Below, one piece after another: positions 63,546 to 64,000 of a stretch of 64,000 nt of DNA. This stretch comes from Laetmonice hystrix (taxonomy: Eukaryota): assembly GCA_965235115.1 (NCBI GenBank), contig OZ249444.1, positions 24,800,001 through 24,864,000 of the forward strand, written 5' to 3'. Position 1 is the stretch's first letter. Every line of letters starts with the position of its first letter. The position numbers and the translations under genes are program-made. Below the pieces are notes generated by a model that was not told the origin of the DNA, made no database searches, and was given only the letters and a program-made list of their open reading frames with translations.

Positions 63546-64000
63546 CTTCGATGAAGGCCAGTCTTCGAGGATGTTAGGCATATACCTTATGGAAATATAT
63601 TAATGTGTAAATAAATTATATCCCTCTCTATTGCTTCCCAATGTAATTTCAGACTACACTTGTGTATAATTTATTACCGATTTTAAGTCTGCTTCAGAGG
63701 GCTTCAAAATCACACTTACCACAAAATGCTGACTGTGTTGGATCAGTTTAAGCGAGTGGCCCATAGCCAGAACCTTTGCGGAAGGTATCTTAAAGATGGC
63801 AGGCGGAATTCATTCAGTAGTTTACCCGAGGCTACTTTATTAATTAATCTACAAAACTTTGCCAGGGCGGAGCTCCTGTGCCTCAGTGGGGGGTATCGTA
63901 CGATACCCCCTGGATACGGGCCTGTGGTAGATCTATCCTCAACTCAAGAGATTTACCATGTCCTTCCGTACTCGTCTTCAACAAGTTTTACGGAGTGTGA

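Noticed and set aside
63930-64000. Minus-strand KDMVNLL resembling the CUL4 exon preceding DFKDK
   Set aside because: In-frame stops on both sides, no EKD context and no phase-1 donor after LL. The upstream CUL4 exon was not found in the window.

Overview
Eukaryotic genomic DNA (GT-AG spliceosomal introns, TRIM/cullin/C-type lectin genes), probably a bilaterian invertebrate; the taxon cannot be fixed from sequence alone. Three protein-coding genes overlap. (1) Ten consecutive internal exons of a cullin-4 gene lie on the minus strand (56923 down to 7645) and splice in frame into a 310-codon stretch; its 5' and 3' exons appear to lie outside the window. (2) An intronless RING-B-box-B-box-coiled-coil-NHL TRIM gene (+, 3677-5656) is nested antisense in a CUL4 intron. 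(3) A predicted three-exon secreted coiled-coil/C-type lectin gene (+, 27184-63422) has a 30-kb first intron that contains three antisense CUL4 exons, so the two genes are interleaved. By my hand tally about half the window (~33 kb) is made of ~50 unrelated, locally confined minisatellite arrays, and these explain almost all other ORFs in the track. The most unusual signal is that several arrays have amplified functional gene signals: two CUL4 3' splice sites, the stop codons of both plus-strand genes, AATAAA, a donor-like GAG|GTAAGA motif, GTCACGTGAC (CLEAR/E-box) and CCAAT+ETS motifs. I found no rRNA, tRNA, CRISPR array or intact transposon. Exon coordinates were read base by base; repeat boundaries and copy numbers are approximate.
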